Positions 28,259 to 35,990 of a stretch of DNA of 35,990 nt are shown here, one piece after another. The position numbers and the translations under genes were made by a program. The notes below the pieces were generated by a model. It searched no databases. It saw only the letters and a program-made list of their open reading frames with translations, and was not told the DNA's origin. The DNA is from an uncultured Gemmatimonadales bacterium (lineage in GTDB: Bacteria > Gemmatimonadota > Gemmatimonadetes > Longimicrobiales > Gaopeijiaceae), in contig CAWELD010000005.1 in the NCBI GenBank assembly GCA_963809895.1, positions 1 to 35,990 on the forward strand, written 5' to 3'. Each line of letters starts with the position of its first letter. Position 1 is the first letter of the stretch.

Positions 28259-29650
28259 ATGAAGGCTATCAACGCCTACGTTCTCACGGTATGCGGAGCC
28301 GCGATCGTGGCCATCCCATTCGCTGGATGGCCGCAACTCCTCGAATTGCCAGGCGATAGCCTGACTGCTTTGGGTGTCTTGATGGGCCTTGGCCTCTTGT
28401 CCGAGCGACTATCAGTTGCGACGATCGTCGGGCAATCAGGGGGATCTCATTCCGTGACCTTCATCCCCCTGCTTGCTAGCGTGCTGCTCTTCGGCCCCGC
28501 TGCGCCTGTTCTGTTCGTGGGGGTCGTCGGAACGATCGGAGAGTTTTCGTTCCGAAAGAAAGGCGTATTGCGGGGCGTTTTCAATGTTGCGCAGTACATC
28601 CTCGCATGTACTGTGGGGGGATTCCTCTTCACTCTCGCCGGTGGCACGCCCCAAGCGCAGTTTGGGGTGGGTAGACCAGGACAGAATTTCGATCTTCAAT
28701 TCTGGGCCTTCTTTGCGTTCAGTGCTGTCCTTCTAACAATGAATCAGGTCTTGGTCTCCGGCGCCATATCCTTGTCGCAGGGGTTGCCCTTTCGTGAGGT
28801 ATGGAGGAAGATTGTGGGGCGGTCCGGCGCGAACGTCTTCTACGATGTCCTTCTCACTCCCATTGCGATTGTCATCGCCTCACTCTGCATCGAGCTCGAG
28901 AGCCTGGGGCTCCTTATCGCGGTCCTGCCCCTGCTCGCCATTCGTCACGCATATCTTACGAGCTACCGCCTTCAGCAGGCGAATCGTGATCTGCTTCGCG
29001 CACTTGTAAAGGCAATTGAGACGCGAGATCCATATACATCTGGCCACTCTCGCCGAGTGCAGGCGCTCGCGTCGAGGATTGTCCGCACTCTGGGTCTCTC
29101 TGAACGCCAAGCGTCGGCAGTCGAGCAGGCGGCGTTGCTCCATGACATTGGCAAGATCGAAGCCATCTATACTGAAATCTTGCGCAAGCCCTCAGAGTTG
29201 TCGCGGGAGGAACGAGAAGTCATCGAGTCCCATGTTACAAAGGGCGTGGAACTCCTCCGATCGCTTTCGTCGTTTCCTCGCGAGGTCATTGAAGCGGTCC
29301 GTCACCATCATGAGCGAGAAGATGGCAAGGGATATCCTGATGGCCTCCGGGGATCAGAGATTCCACTTGGAGCAAAGGTCATAAGTATCTGTGATGCCAT
29401 TGACGCGATGTTGTCCGACCGGCCATACCGGCGGGCCCTGCCGCTGAGTGCCGTGCGTGAGCAGTTGGAGATCTACTCTGGGATCCAATTCGATCCAAAG
29501 CTAGTCCAGACTGTGATAAACAGCTCAATATTGGAAGATCATGCCTCCGAATTGAGTGGGGACGTAACTGCAGACCAAGACCTGCGCACCTCCTCGGAAG
29601 CGGGAGGCTTGGCCGCGACGGGTCGCTCTACGGTCGCATCAGGCACGTGA
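28259..29650 (+). CDS. Membrane-bound HD-GYP protein (putative c-di-GMP phosphodiesterase) with N-terminal multi-TM sensor region
   Basis: About 230 hydrophobic N-terminal residues, then AIETRDPYTSGHSRRV, ALLHDIGK, HHHEREDGKGYPDGLRG, ICDAIDAMLSDRPYR, GIQFDP. Confidence 0.95.
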   Translation: MKAINAYVLTVCGAAIVAIPFAGWPQLLELPGDSLTALGVLMGLGLLSERLSVATIVGQSGGSHSVTFIPLLASVLLFGPAAPVLFVGVVGTIGEFSFRKKGVLRGVFNVAQYILACTVGGFLFTLAGGTPQAQFGVGRPGQNFDLQFWAFFAFSAVLLTMNQVLVSGAISLSQGLPFREVWRKIVGRSGANVFYDVLLTPIAIVIASLCIELESLGLLIAVLPLLAIRHAYLTSYRLQQANRDLLRALVKAIETRDPYTSGHSRRVQALASRIVRTLGLSERQASAVEQAALLHDIGKIEAIYTEILRKPSELSREEREVIESHVTKGVELLRSLSSFPREVIEAVRHHHEREDGKGYPDGLRGSEIPLGAKVISICDAIDAMLSDRPYRRALPLSAVREQLEIYSGIQFDPKLVQTVINSSILEDHASELSGDVTADQDLRTSSEAGGLAATGRSTVASGT

Positions 29651-32600
29651 TAGAAGATTCCCAAGCTCTTCTGCTCTGAGCTTTAGATTCAGACGTTCCG
29701 CAATGGTGAGTGCACGACCGGATCGTTCGGATGGCCTCGTCCCAAACCGGCGTGCGAGCCTCTCTCGTTCAATGGCAACGCGAATTGCGGGGGCCGGGAA
29801 CCGCCTAGCTATTCGTGTGCCTTCCTGATCCAACTGTCTGAGACCGTCCTCGACTCTTCCTGCGCGACACAGCATTTTCGCCTTGAACGTCAGTATAAGG
29901 CTCGGATCGAAATACCAGTGAGACCAATCGTTCAATGCTAGATGACACCGCTTGGCTAGTTCAAGCCGACCGGTCTCGAGGGCGGCTGTTCCAAGCCCGG
30001 CATGAATGACGTCCAAGAGGAACCGGCGCACGCCATTATTGAGGAGATTCTCCGCCTCTTGATACGCATGCAGGGCCTTATCGAATTGTCGCCTAGCGAG
30101 AAAGATCTCACCAAGATTGCACTGGAGATTGATTCTTTCCCCAACTGCGACGGCTTCATCGAGAAAGCGGGCCGCCCCTTGGAGGGCGTGCTCCGCCGCG
30201 TCGTACTCTCCGGTCTCGATCAACCACACGGCGTGGTTCGCTCGCGTCGTATACTGAAGTCGTAGGTCGCCGGTGTCCTCACTGTATTCCAGAAGTTCCT
30301 TCAAAGCGTTGACTGCCTCCTTGTTCGAGCCGAGACCACGAAACATCAGCGCGATAAATAGGCGGTGGTTCGCTTGGAGAATGAGCTTCTGGTCATCGAG
30401 ATCTGTTGCGAGGAGACGAGCAGCTCGTGCGCTCTCAACACTCCGCTCAGGGCGCCCATATAGGCACTCCAAGGCGAGAATCAACATGCCGCTGCAACGG
30501 TCCCGCCCAGCCAGATCCGGCACGAGCTGAGACACACGGGCAAGCGTTGGAGGGATCATCTCCAGGGAGCCGTCTCTTTCGAGGACGCGAATCCGGGATT
30601 CCGCAGCCTTCAGGAAGGTGGCCGAATCCTGGTCCATGAGGGAAGCCTCCGCCTCGGCAGCCAATCGAGCCGCGGCAATTGAGTGGGGCAAGTCGCCTGA
30701 CTCACTGCGGGCATCCAAATGTAATACCCGGCATGCCCTGGCTTCACGTCGGTTCCCGAGAATGCTGAAACGTCTCTCGGCGCGGCGAAGAAATGAGTTA
30801 CCTCTCGGGTCGCACTGTCGAAGATGCGCCTGGCCAACATGCTTGAGGTGAGTCCCGGTCACCTTATCGCCCCGGCACTCAACTGTGAGTCGTAGGAATC
30901 GGAGTCCCTCTCTGAACGCCCCCCGTCCTAATGCATGGTCAGCAGCGGCCTCCGCTAGATCGGCTGCCTGCGCACCGAGGCCGCCCCGTGTTAGATGGAT
31001 TGCAGCCTCTCCGACCCGTGGAGGGACGCGACTCGCCAAGAACCGCCCAATACTCCGGTGCGCGTGGCGTATCAAGAGAGATCCGAGGGCGGACACGGCG
31101 GATTGCTCAATTAGACGATGACGTATCCGGACGGAGTCCTCATTGTGGATGAGCAGCCCCGTCCGGAACATGCTGTCGAGGTCGTTGGATAGATCCGGGA
31201 CTGTGGTCCCTGAGAGCATCGCGATGTCACTGAGGGGTATCGTGCCTTCGTGGAGGCAAATGATGGCTAGGGCGCGGCGAGCAGCGGGCGACAATGATCC
31301 TACCACAGGTCGCAATTGCCGGTCCCAATGGGAGGACGTGACGTTGGCCGCTGCGGTGAGCCGGTCTCCATTCAATGAGGCCACCGCGAGAGCGATAAGT
31401 TGCAGAGGATTACCCAAAGCTGTGTCGAGTATTGTTTCAAGATCCGAGTGGCTGAGAGACTCCGGCGCGACCCCGACCACGAGACGGCGTGCCTCGGACC
31501 GCCTGAGTGGACGAAGCGAAGAATAGAAGACACGTGAATGTCGACGATTCTGAAACTGCAGGATTGGCGCAGAAGGATCTTCAAGTGAACCTGAAAAGAT
31601 GAGCATCAACCTACCACGGTGCCATCGCCGGTGAGCGTACTGAAACGCGGCCAGCGAGGTCGGGTCGATCCAATGCGCATCATCAACCAGGACCGCCGTC
31701 GGACGGTCGACGCACATCTGCTCCAGCGCCATCATGAGACTCGGCAGCAGCCGGCTTGAGGCGGCTTCTGGTGGCAGTGCGACGGGGGGAACCGTCTGGT
31801 CACTCGTAATGTCCAGCAAGTCTGCGATTACCGAACGCCATGGCTGCCCGATTTGTGCTAAGTCGGTCGATGTCAGGGTTCTCGCGAGACAATCGATCAT
31901 GGTGGCGAGCGGGATGCCGTGTTCAAGTCGATTGCACTCCGACCAGACCACTCGAATACCCCTGAGACTCAGCCTAAGGGCCGCCTCACGTAGGACCCGG
32001 GTCTTCCCCATTCCCGGTGCGCCAACGAGGACCTGGAAGCTCATGCCGTTTGTATTGCTAGCGAGCGATACCAATTGCTCCACGACCGCCGCTCTGCCAA
32101 GCAGAGGAGTATTGTAGGCGGCAAGTGCTCGGTCCTCTGTGCGCTCTCCCCCTCCGAGCCGAAGCGATGTCGCCGTGTGACGGAGCTCGTCCACATCTCG
32201 ATCTGAGAACCCGTGCAAGGGAGCCTCCTTCAGGAGTGACTCTGCGGAGGCCCATCGACCCGCAGCGAGGTAGGCATGAAAGAGGCGGCGAATCCATTTC
32301 GGCTCGAACTGGTCGATGGCGACCAACGCGAGACCGGCACTTTCGGCCTTCGGCCAGTCGCCAACTCTCTCAGCCTCATCCCACTGCCGTGCCGCTAGGC
32401 GCCTGATGGCGGTGCGAAGCGAAGCGACATACCCAGCAAGGGCAGACTCCGCTTCAGGAGTTGGAGCCTCTCCGAGAAGGCCACATACGGAGAGCTCTCT
32501 GAAGCCTACCGTTGTGGCTGGCCAGTCCCGAATTACGTTGCGAAGATGATCTCCATCGAGGTCATGTGGGAGAACCGGGAGGATATGGTCAGGCGTCGTC

Positions 32601-32851
32601 GAGAATACCGGGACGCCCACCCTCTGAGTCAGGTCGTAGAGCAATTGACTGAGCCGGCGCCGGGCCTTGGACTCATCAGCACGGCCCCAGAGCAGGTCCG
32701 CTGCCCGCATTCGGCTGATGCCGCCCGCACCTGAGAGATAGGCCAGCGCGGTGAGCCATCCTTGAAGCCCGGTGAGTGGCACGTGTCGCTCCGCGATGTC
32801 CATCACCGGACCGTCAAGGAGTCGCACAAAGTGCTGCCTGCCTTGAACCAT
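29639..32851 (-). CDS. Large SARP/BTAD-like + AAA (STAND-type) ATPase + TPR regulator
   Basis: N-terminal LLDGP..LAYL..SRMRAADLLWGRADESKARRRLSQLLY; Walker A GAPGMGKT; Walker B VLVDDAHWIDPTS; GNPL; C-terminal TPRs (NLGEIFLARRQFDKALHAYQEA). Start at MVQGRQ (32851) preferred over 33004. Confidence 0.82.
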   Translation of the reverse strand: MVQGRQHFVRLLDGPVMDIAERHVPLTGLQGWLTALAYLSGAGGISRMRAADLLWGRADESKARRRLSQLLYDLTQRVGVPVFSTTPDHILPVLPHDLDGDHLRNVIRDWPATTVGFRELSVCGLLGEAPTPEAESALAGYVASLRTAIRRLAARQWDEAERVGDWPKAESAGLALVAIDQFEPKWIRRLFHAYLAAGRWASAESLLKEAPLHGFSDRDVDELRHTATSLRLGGGERTEDRALAAYNTPLLGRAAVVEQLVSLASNTNGMSFQVLVGAPGMGKTRVLREAALRLSLRGIRVVWSECNRLEHGIPLATMIDCLARTLTSTDLAQIGQPWRSVIADLLDITSDQTVPPVALPPEAASSRLLPSLMMALEQMCVDRPTAVLVDDAHWIDPTSLAAFQYAHRRWHRGRLMLIFSGSLEDPSAPILQFQNRRHSRVFYSSLRPLRRSEARRLVVGVAPESLSHSDLETILDTALGNPLQLIALAVASLNGDRLTAAANVTSSHWDRQLRPVVGSLSPAARRALAIICLHEGTIPLSDIAMLSGTTVPDLSNDLDSMFRTGLLIHNEDSVRIRHRLIEQSAVSALGSLLIRHAHRSIGRFLASRVPPRVGEAAIHLTRGGLGAQAADLAEAAADHALGRGAFREGLRFLRLTVECRGDKVTGTHLKHVGQAHLRQCDPRGNSFLRRAERRFSILGNRREARACRVLHLDARSESGDLPHSIAAARLAAEAEASLMDQDSATFLKAAESRIRVLERDGSLEMIPPTLARVSQLVPDLAGRDRCSGMLILALECLYGRPERSVESARAARLLATDLDDQKLILQANHRLFIALMFRGLGSNKEAVNALKELLEYSEDTGDLRLQYTTRANHAVWLIETGEYDAAEHALQGAARFLDEAVAVGERINLQCNLGEIFLARRQFDKALHAYQEAENLLNNGVRRFLLDVIHAGLGTAALETGRLELAKRCHLALNDWSHWYFDPSLILTFKAKMLCRAGRVEDGLRQLDQEGTRIARRFPAPAIRVAIERERLARRFGTRPSERSGRALTIAERLNLKLRAEELGNLLSRA

Positions 32852-32885
32852 CGGCCTACCCTTCCGACCCAAGAGATCGCGCCAT

Positions 32886-33704
32886 TTAAGTAGATCCGCC
32901 CTTCGATCGTGTTTGACGGCTACGCGGCTGGTTGGAGCTGCGGTGTTGATGACCTCGCCGATATTCGCGCCAAAGCCACGACTCCACAATCCACTCCCAT
33001 CCAATCCTAGCCTTCAACTCAGTGGGCCGCACTCCTACTAGCCGCTTCATCTGATTGCTGAGGGCAAAGGAATCTGGATAGCCGAGTTCGAACGCGATGC
33101 GGCTGAGTGGATCATCCGAACCCAATATTCGAAGACTTGCCCTCAGAATCCGACCAAAGTGGAGACAGTGTGAGGGTACTGGCAGTCCGTATTGGGCGAA
33201 GCGACGACCGAGAGCCCGCCTAGAAAGATACAGGGAACGGGCGAGGCCACTTACGGAGCGGAGTTCTCCAGAAAGCTCCAGTGTACGGCGCACGAGTCGC
33301 CGCGGACCTGACCCTCGCAGTGTCCCTCGCCAGACCAGATAGTCTACGACACTGTCAACGAGCCTCTTCGGGCCGGCATTCACAAGTAGGCGAATATCTT
33401 CGGTAGACGGCTCTTCGTGATAGGGGAGGATACTCGTCGGCCGGCAGATCTCGACCATGTGGTACAACTCCGCTGAGGACCTTGTCTCCCCGGGCGGCAG
33501 CACAGCGACCAGGGTGACGCCCTTTGGCCTGAAGCGAACAGAGGTCATGGCCTCTGTGAAATGAGTGCCCATCTGCCAGACCAGGACGACGCCTTCACGA
33601 CCTCTCGGTGGCTCCAGCAGCGGTAGGCTCAGGTGGGTGGTTGGGGATGTGTAGGGTGGCGTCAAGAGCAAGAACTGATCCCGTCCCTTGGGTGCTGGGT
33701 GCAT
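32886..33704 (-). CDS. AraC family transcriptional regulator
   Basis: SVSGLARSLYLSRRALGRRF and LSRIAFELGYPDSFALSNQMKRLVGVRPTE double HTH. Confidence 0.88.
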   Translation of the reverse strand: MHPAPKGRDQFLLLTPPYTSPTTHLSLPLLEPPRGREGVVLVWQMGTHFTEAMTSVRFRPKGVTLVAVLPPGETRSSAELYHMVEICRPTSILPYHEEPSTEDIRLLVNAGPKRLVDSVVDYLVWRGTLRGSGPRRLVRRTLELSGELRSVSGLARSLYLSRRALGRRFAQYGLPVPSHCLHFGRILRASLRILGSDDPLSRIAFELGYPDSFALSNQMKRLVGVRPTELKARIGWEWIVESWLWREYRRGHQHRSSNQPRSRQTRSKGGST

Positions 33705-33720
33705 TGTGCGCTCCTCCGCG

Positions 33721-33738
33721 TTGACATGAGACTGTCAA
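33721..33738. promoter_or_regulatory. Perfect inverted repeat TTGACA-N6-TGTCAA upstream of the AraC gene
   Basis: ttgacatgagactgtcaa, 16 bp from the ATG. Confidence 0.6.
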
Positions 33739-33758
33739 GACATGATCGGTAGAGGGCA

Positions 33759-34586
33759 TCAGATGGCTATCAGGTGATGGAAGACGGTGGCGGAAGGCGT
33801 GCCCACACCGTCACGCGGTGGTGGATTGAACGGCCGGGACGTGACCAATCGCACGAACAGCCGCGCGCGGCCCACGCCCAGCGCCACCATCGTGGCCATC
33901 TCGCGGCGACGGGCCGTGGCTCGGGCCAGCGGGAGCCCGGCCAGGTTCACGGCCACGATGAGCAGCACCAGGAGCGGCGTGCGGATGGAGCCGGTGAGGC
34001 GGGTCTGGAGCGGCTCCGTGACGAAGGTCTTGTCCGCGTTGGTGTCGGGATAGGCGTCGGTCAGACGCTGGCCGAGCTGCGCCAGCTCCGCGCCCGCCGC
34101 CTCGCCGGCGAGGCCGGGTGACAGCCGCCCGAGGGCGTAGATCCAGTCGGTGCCCCGGCTGTGCCGCCATCCGGCGATGGACGTGCGGATGGGAATCCAC
34201 TCCGCCATGTCACCCAGCACGTCCGCGTGGTCGGGCGCCACGCCCACGATCTCGCACGGGCGCCCATCGACGTCCACCACGGAGCCCACCGCCGCCGGAT
34301 CGCGGCCGTACGCCCGCGCCCACAGGCCCTCGCTGATGACGACTCGCGCGGCCTCCTCGTCCTGGGATCCGAAGAAGCGTCGCGTCACCGGCCGCACGCC
34401 CAGCAGGTCGAAGTAGTTGGTGGACACCTCGGCGCCGCCCTCGCCCCGGACTCGCTCGATGGAATACAGCCGGTCCGATTGCGGCACCGGGAGGGGCGCC
34501 ACCAGCAGGTCGTGGACGAAGGTGAAGACGATGGCGTTGGCGCCGATCCCCAGGGCCAGCGACGCGACGTGGGCGACCTCGGCCGT
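33759..34586 (-). pseudogene. Truncated and internally deleted ADOP-like permease remnant
   Basis: SLALGIGANAIVFTFVHDLLVAPLPVPQSDRL, VSTNYFDLLGV, ARATARRREMATMVALGVGRARL. No start or prefix domain and no second half. Confidence 0.8.
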
Positions 34587-35213
34587 CTACCAGCCTCTGC
34601 GACTTGCGATGGCTACCAGACGTTCGTTGGCCGCAGGATCCTGAACGGCACCATCAACGAATAGCTGCCGTAGGCGACTCACTCCTGGTTCGCCGAGTTC
34701 GTCAGCGAGGATCTGGACTGCCTGAACCGCCACATCGCTATCCGTGCCGGCGGCGATGTCGGCGAGAAAGCCAACCACGCGCCCCTTCTCCGGCAACTGG
34801 GAGAAGAGCATGAGGGTCCCACCCCTCGCACCGCGGTCGGGCGATTCCTCGTACACTCGCTGAAGCTTCTCAAACGCATGCGGATAGGGGGTCCCACGTC
34901 CGGGGTGGGTCGAGACGACAAGAGCTGCCTTCGCGGCGACAGCAGCCCGCTGCGTACTGAGGTCATCGCCGGGACCGAACGCGACCGCGATGGCAACCAG
35001 GCTATCGGGGAAGGCGTCCAGCTCGTCGCTGGGAAGCAGTGTCCGATCCTGCGCGAGTATGGCTGCGGCCAACGACAGATGTCCGTCACGCACGGCCATC
35101 AGGGCCCTGCTCAACTCCGTTGGAGCGCCTTGCGGATCCTTGGGATCTTGACTCAGAGCCCGCGTGGGGAGGACGACGCCCGCCGCTACGAAAGCAAGAA
35201 TTGTCTTTCTCAT
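34587..35213 (-). CDS. Secreted helical hypothetical protein (HEAT-like C-terminus)
   Basis: GAGGAGG RBS; signal peptide MRKTILAFVAAGVVLPTRALSQ; DSDVAVQAVQILA. Confidence 0.7.
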   Translation of the reverse strand: MRKTILAFVAAGVVLPTRALSQDPKDPQGAPTELSRALMAVRDGHLSLAAAILAQDRTLLPSDELDAFPDSLVAIAVAFGPGDDLSTQRAAVAAKAALVVSTHPGRGTPYPHAFEKLQRVYEESPDRGARGGTLMLFSQLPEKGRVVGFLADIAAGTDSDVAVQAVQILADELGEPGVSRLRQLFVDGAVQDPAANERLVAIASRRGW

Positions 35214-35226
35214 CGTTCGGGCCTCC

Positions 35227-35457
35227 TCAATGGCGAACTCTGGTGATTACGAACCGCCATCCCCCGGTACCTCGCCAGAAGGCGAAGTGGGTGGTCGCTC
35301 CCGTGTGGATGTTTCCTGCCGCTGAAACCCGCGCATGCATGTCGCTTTGCACCGTGTTCGCGGCGGACCGAGCAGCGAAGTCGGAGGACTCCGCGATGCT
35401 GTCCCACCCTGCGTAGATGTCGTTTCGCGCTTCCCAAGACCATTCGTTCGTCTCCAC
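35227..35457 (-). CDS. Short hypothetical ORF, possibly a C-terminal fragment of a larger gene
   Basis: Protein-like composition and ends 13 bp before the next gene, but has no convincing start or RBS. Confidence 0.3.
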   Translation of the reverse strand: METNEWSWEARNDIYAGWDSIAESSDFAARSAANTVQSDMHARVSAAGNIHTGATTHFAFWRGTGGWRFVITRVRH

Positions 35458-35530
35458 TCCGCGTGAGCCTGACCCTTGACCTCGTCGCCGGGGGTTGGCG
35501 TTCTCATTTCATTGCGAGGAGCGGGTCCCC

Positions 35531-35990
35531 TCATTCTCCCACTGGAGGAGCCAAGCGGTAGATCTCGATCGTCGCGATTCCCCGGGCGTCTCTGTGCAAC
35601 ATGATGAGACGTGAGTGCGAGGTCCTGATCGGCTGGAGGTTGGATGGGAAGCGGAGCGTACCCGCATAGCCTCTCGAGATCGAGATCAGCCGCCACACTC
35701 GGTCCTCGCCCTGGATTGCGCCTCCCTCACCGTTAGCATGGATCAGCGCACTCTGGTACATGCCGAAAATCGAGTCGCCAAACCCACGGAGCTGAGTTGT
35801 AATCGGTCGACGGTCGTAGACGGGCGGTGCTCCTGCAGCCAGCGGATCAGCTTCCTGCGGCCCCATGAGCTCTTGTACGATGCCTCGACGCTCGAGCTCG
35901 GACAGCCGTTCGGCCTCGAGGGGCAGCCGGATCTCGCGAACCGTCCGTCCATCACGATCAGTCACACGGAAGGTGGTCCCGTGGGATGAT
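35531..35990 (-). CDS. C-terminal part of a putative beta-propeller-type protein (N-terminus outside the window)
   Basis: VWRLIS..GYAGTLRFP..LIMLHRDARGIATIEIYRL resembles the terminal blade of 6-bladed propeller surface proteins. Confidence 0.55.
   Translation of the reverse strand, partial: SSHGTTFRVTDRDGRTVREIRLPLEAERLSELERRGIVQELMGPQEADPLAAGAPPVYDRRPITTQLRGFGDSIFGMYQSALIHANGEGGAIQGEDRVWRLISISRGYAGTLRFPSNLQPIRTSHSRLIMLHRDARGIATIEIYRLAPPVGE

Noticed and set aside
32852..33004. Upstream start for the STAND regulator
   Set aside because: It would overlap the AraC gene by over 100 bp, and SARP-like similarity begins after MVQGRQ.
27983..35990. Prophage, IS or integrative element explaining the lower GC
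   Set aside because: No integrase, transposase, phage gene, tRNA or att repeat is recognisable.

Overview
GC-rich bacterial DNA. The gene repertoire (many PadR/orphan ABC-permease pairs, an Oar-type TonB receptor, a beta-propeller-like C-terminus) suggests Gemmatimonadota or Acidobacteriota; this is an inference. Many long genes are broken by small indels, most likely uncorrected assembly errors. From the left: a partial TonB-dependent receptor, then a ~17 kb tract with five PadR regulators. Four are coupled to a duplicated MacB/FtsX-type orphan permease and one to a pair of MotA/ExbB-like membrane proteins. Two AAA_14/DUF4143 ATPases and a DUF5674 two-gene cassette are interleaved. Next come a REP-like palindrome pair, an AbiEi/DUF559 gene, a cupin, two paralogous lipoproteins, tdk, an outer-membrane beta-barrel and a PafA-like phosphatase. 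The most interesting element is at 27.2-29.7 kb: a hypothetical gene, then an unannotated 24-aa Trp-terminated peptide ORF with a near-perfect Shine-Dalgarno, then a multi-TM HD-GYP phosphodiesterase. This is a candidate peptide-sensing c-di-GMP signalling module. It opens a visibly lower-GC block that also holds a SARP/STAND/TPR regulator, an AraC regulator, a decayed permease remnant and secreted hypotheticals.
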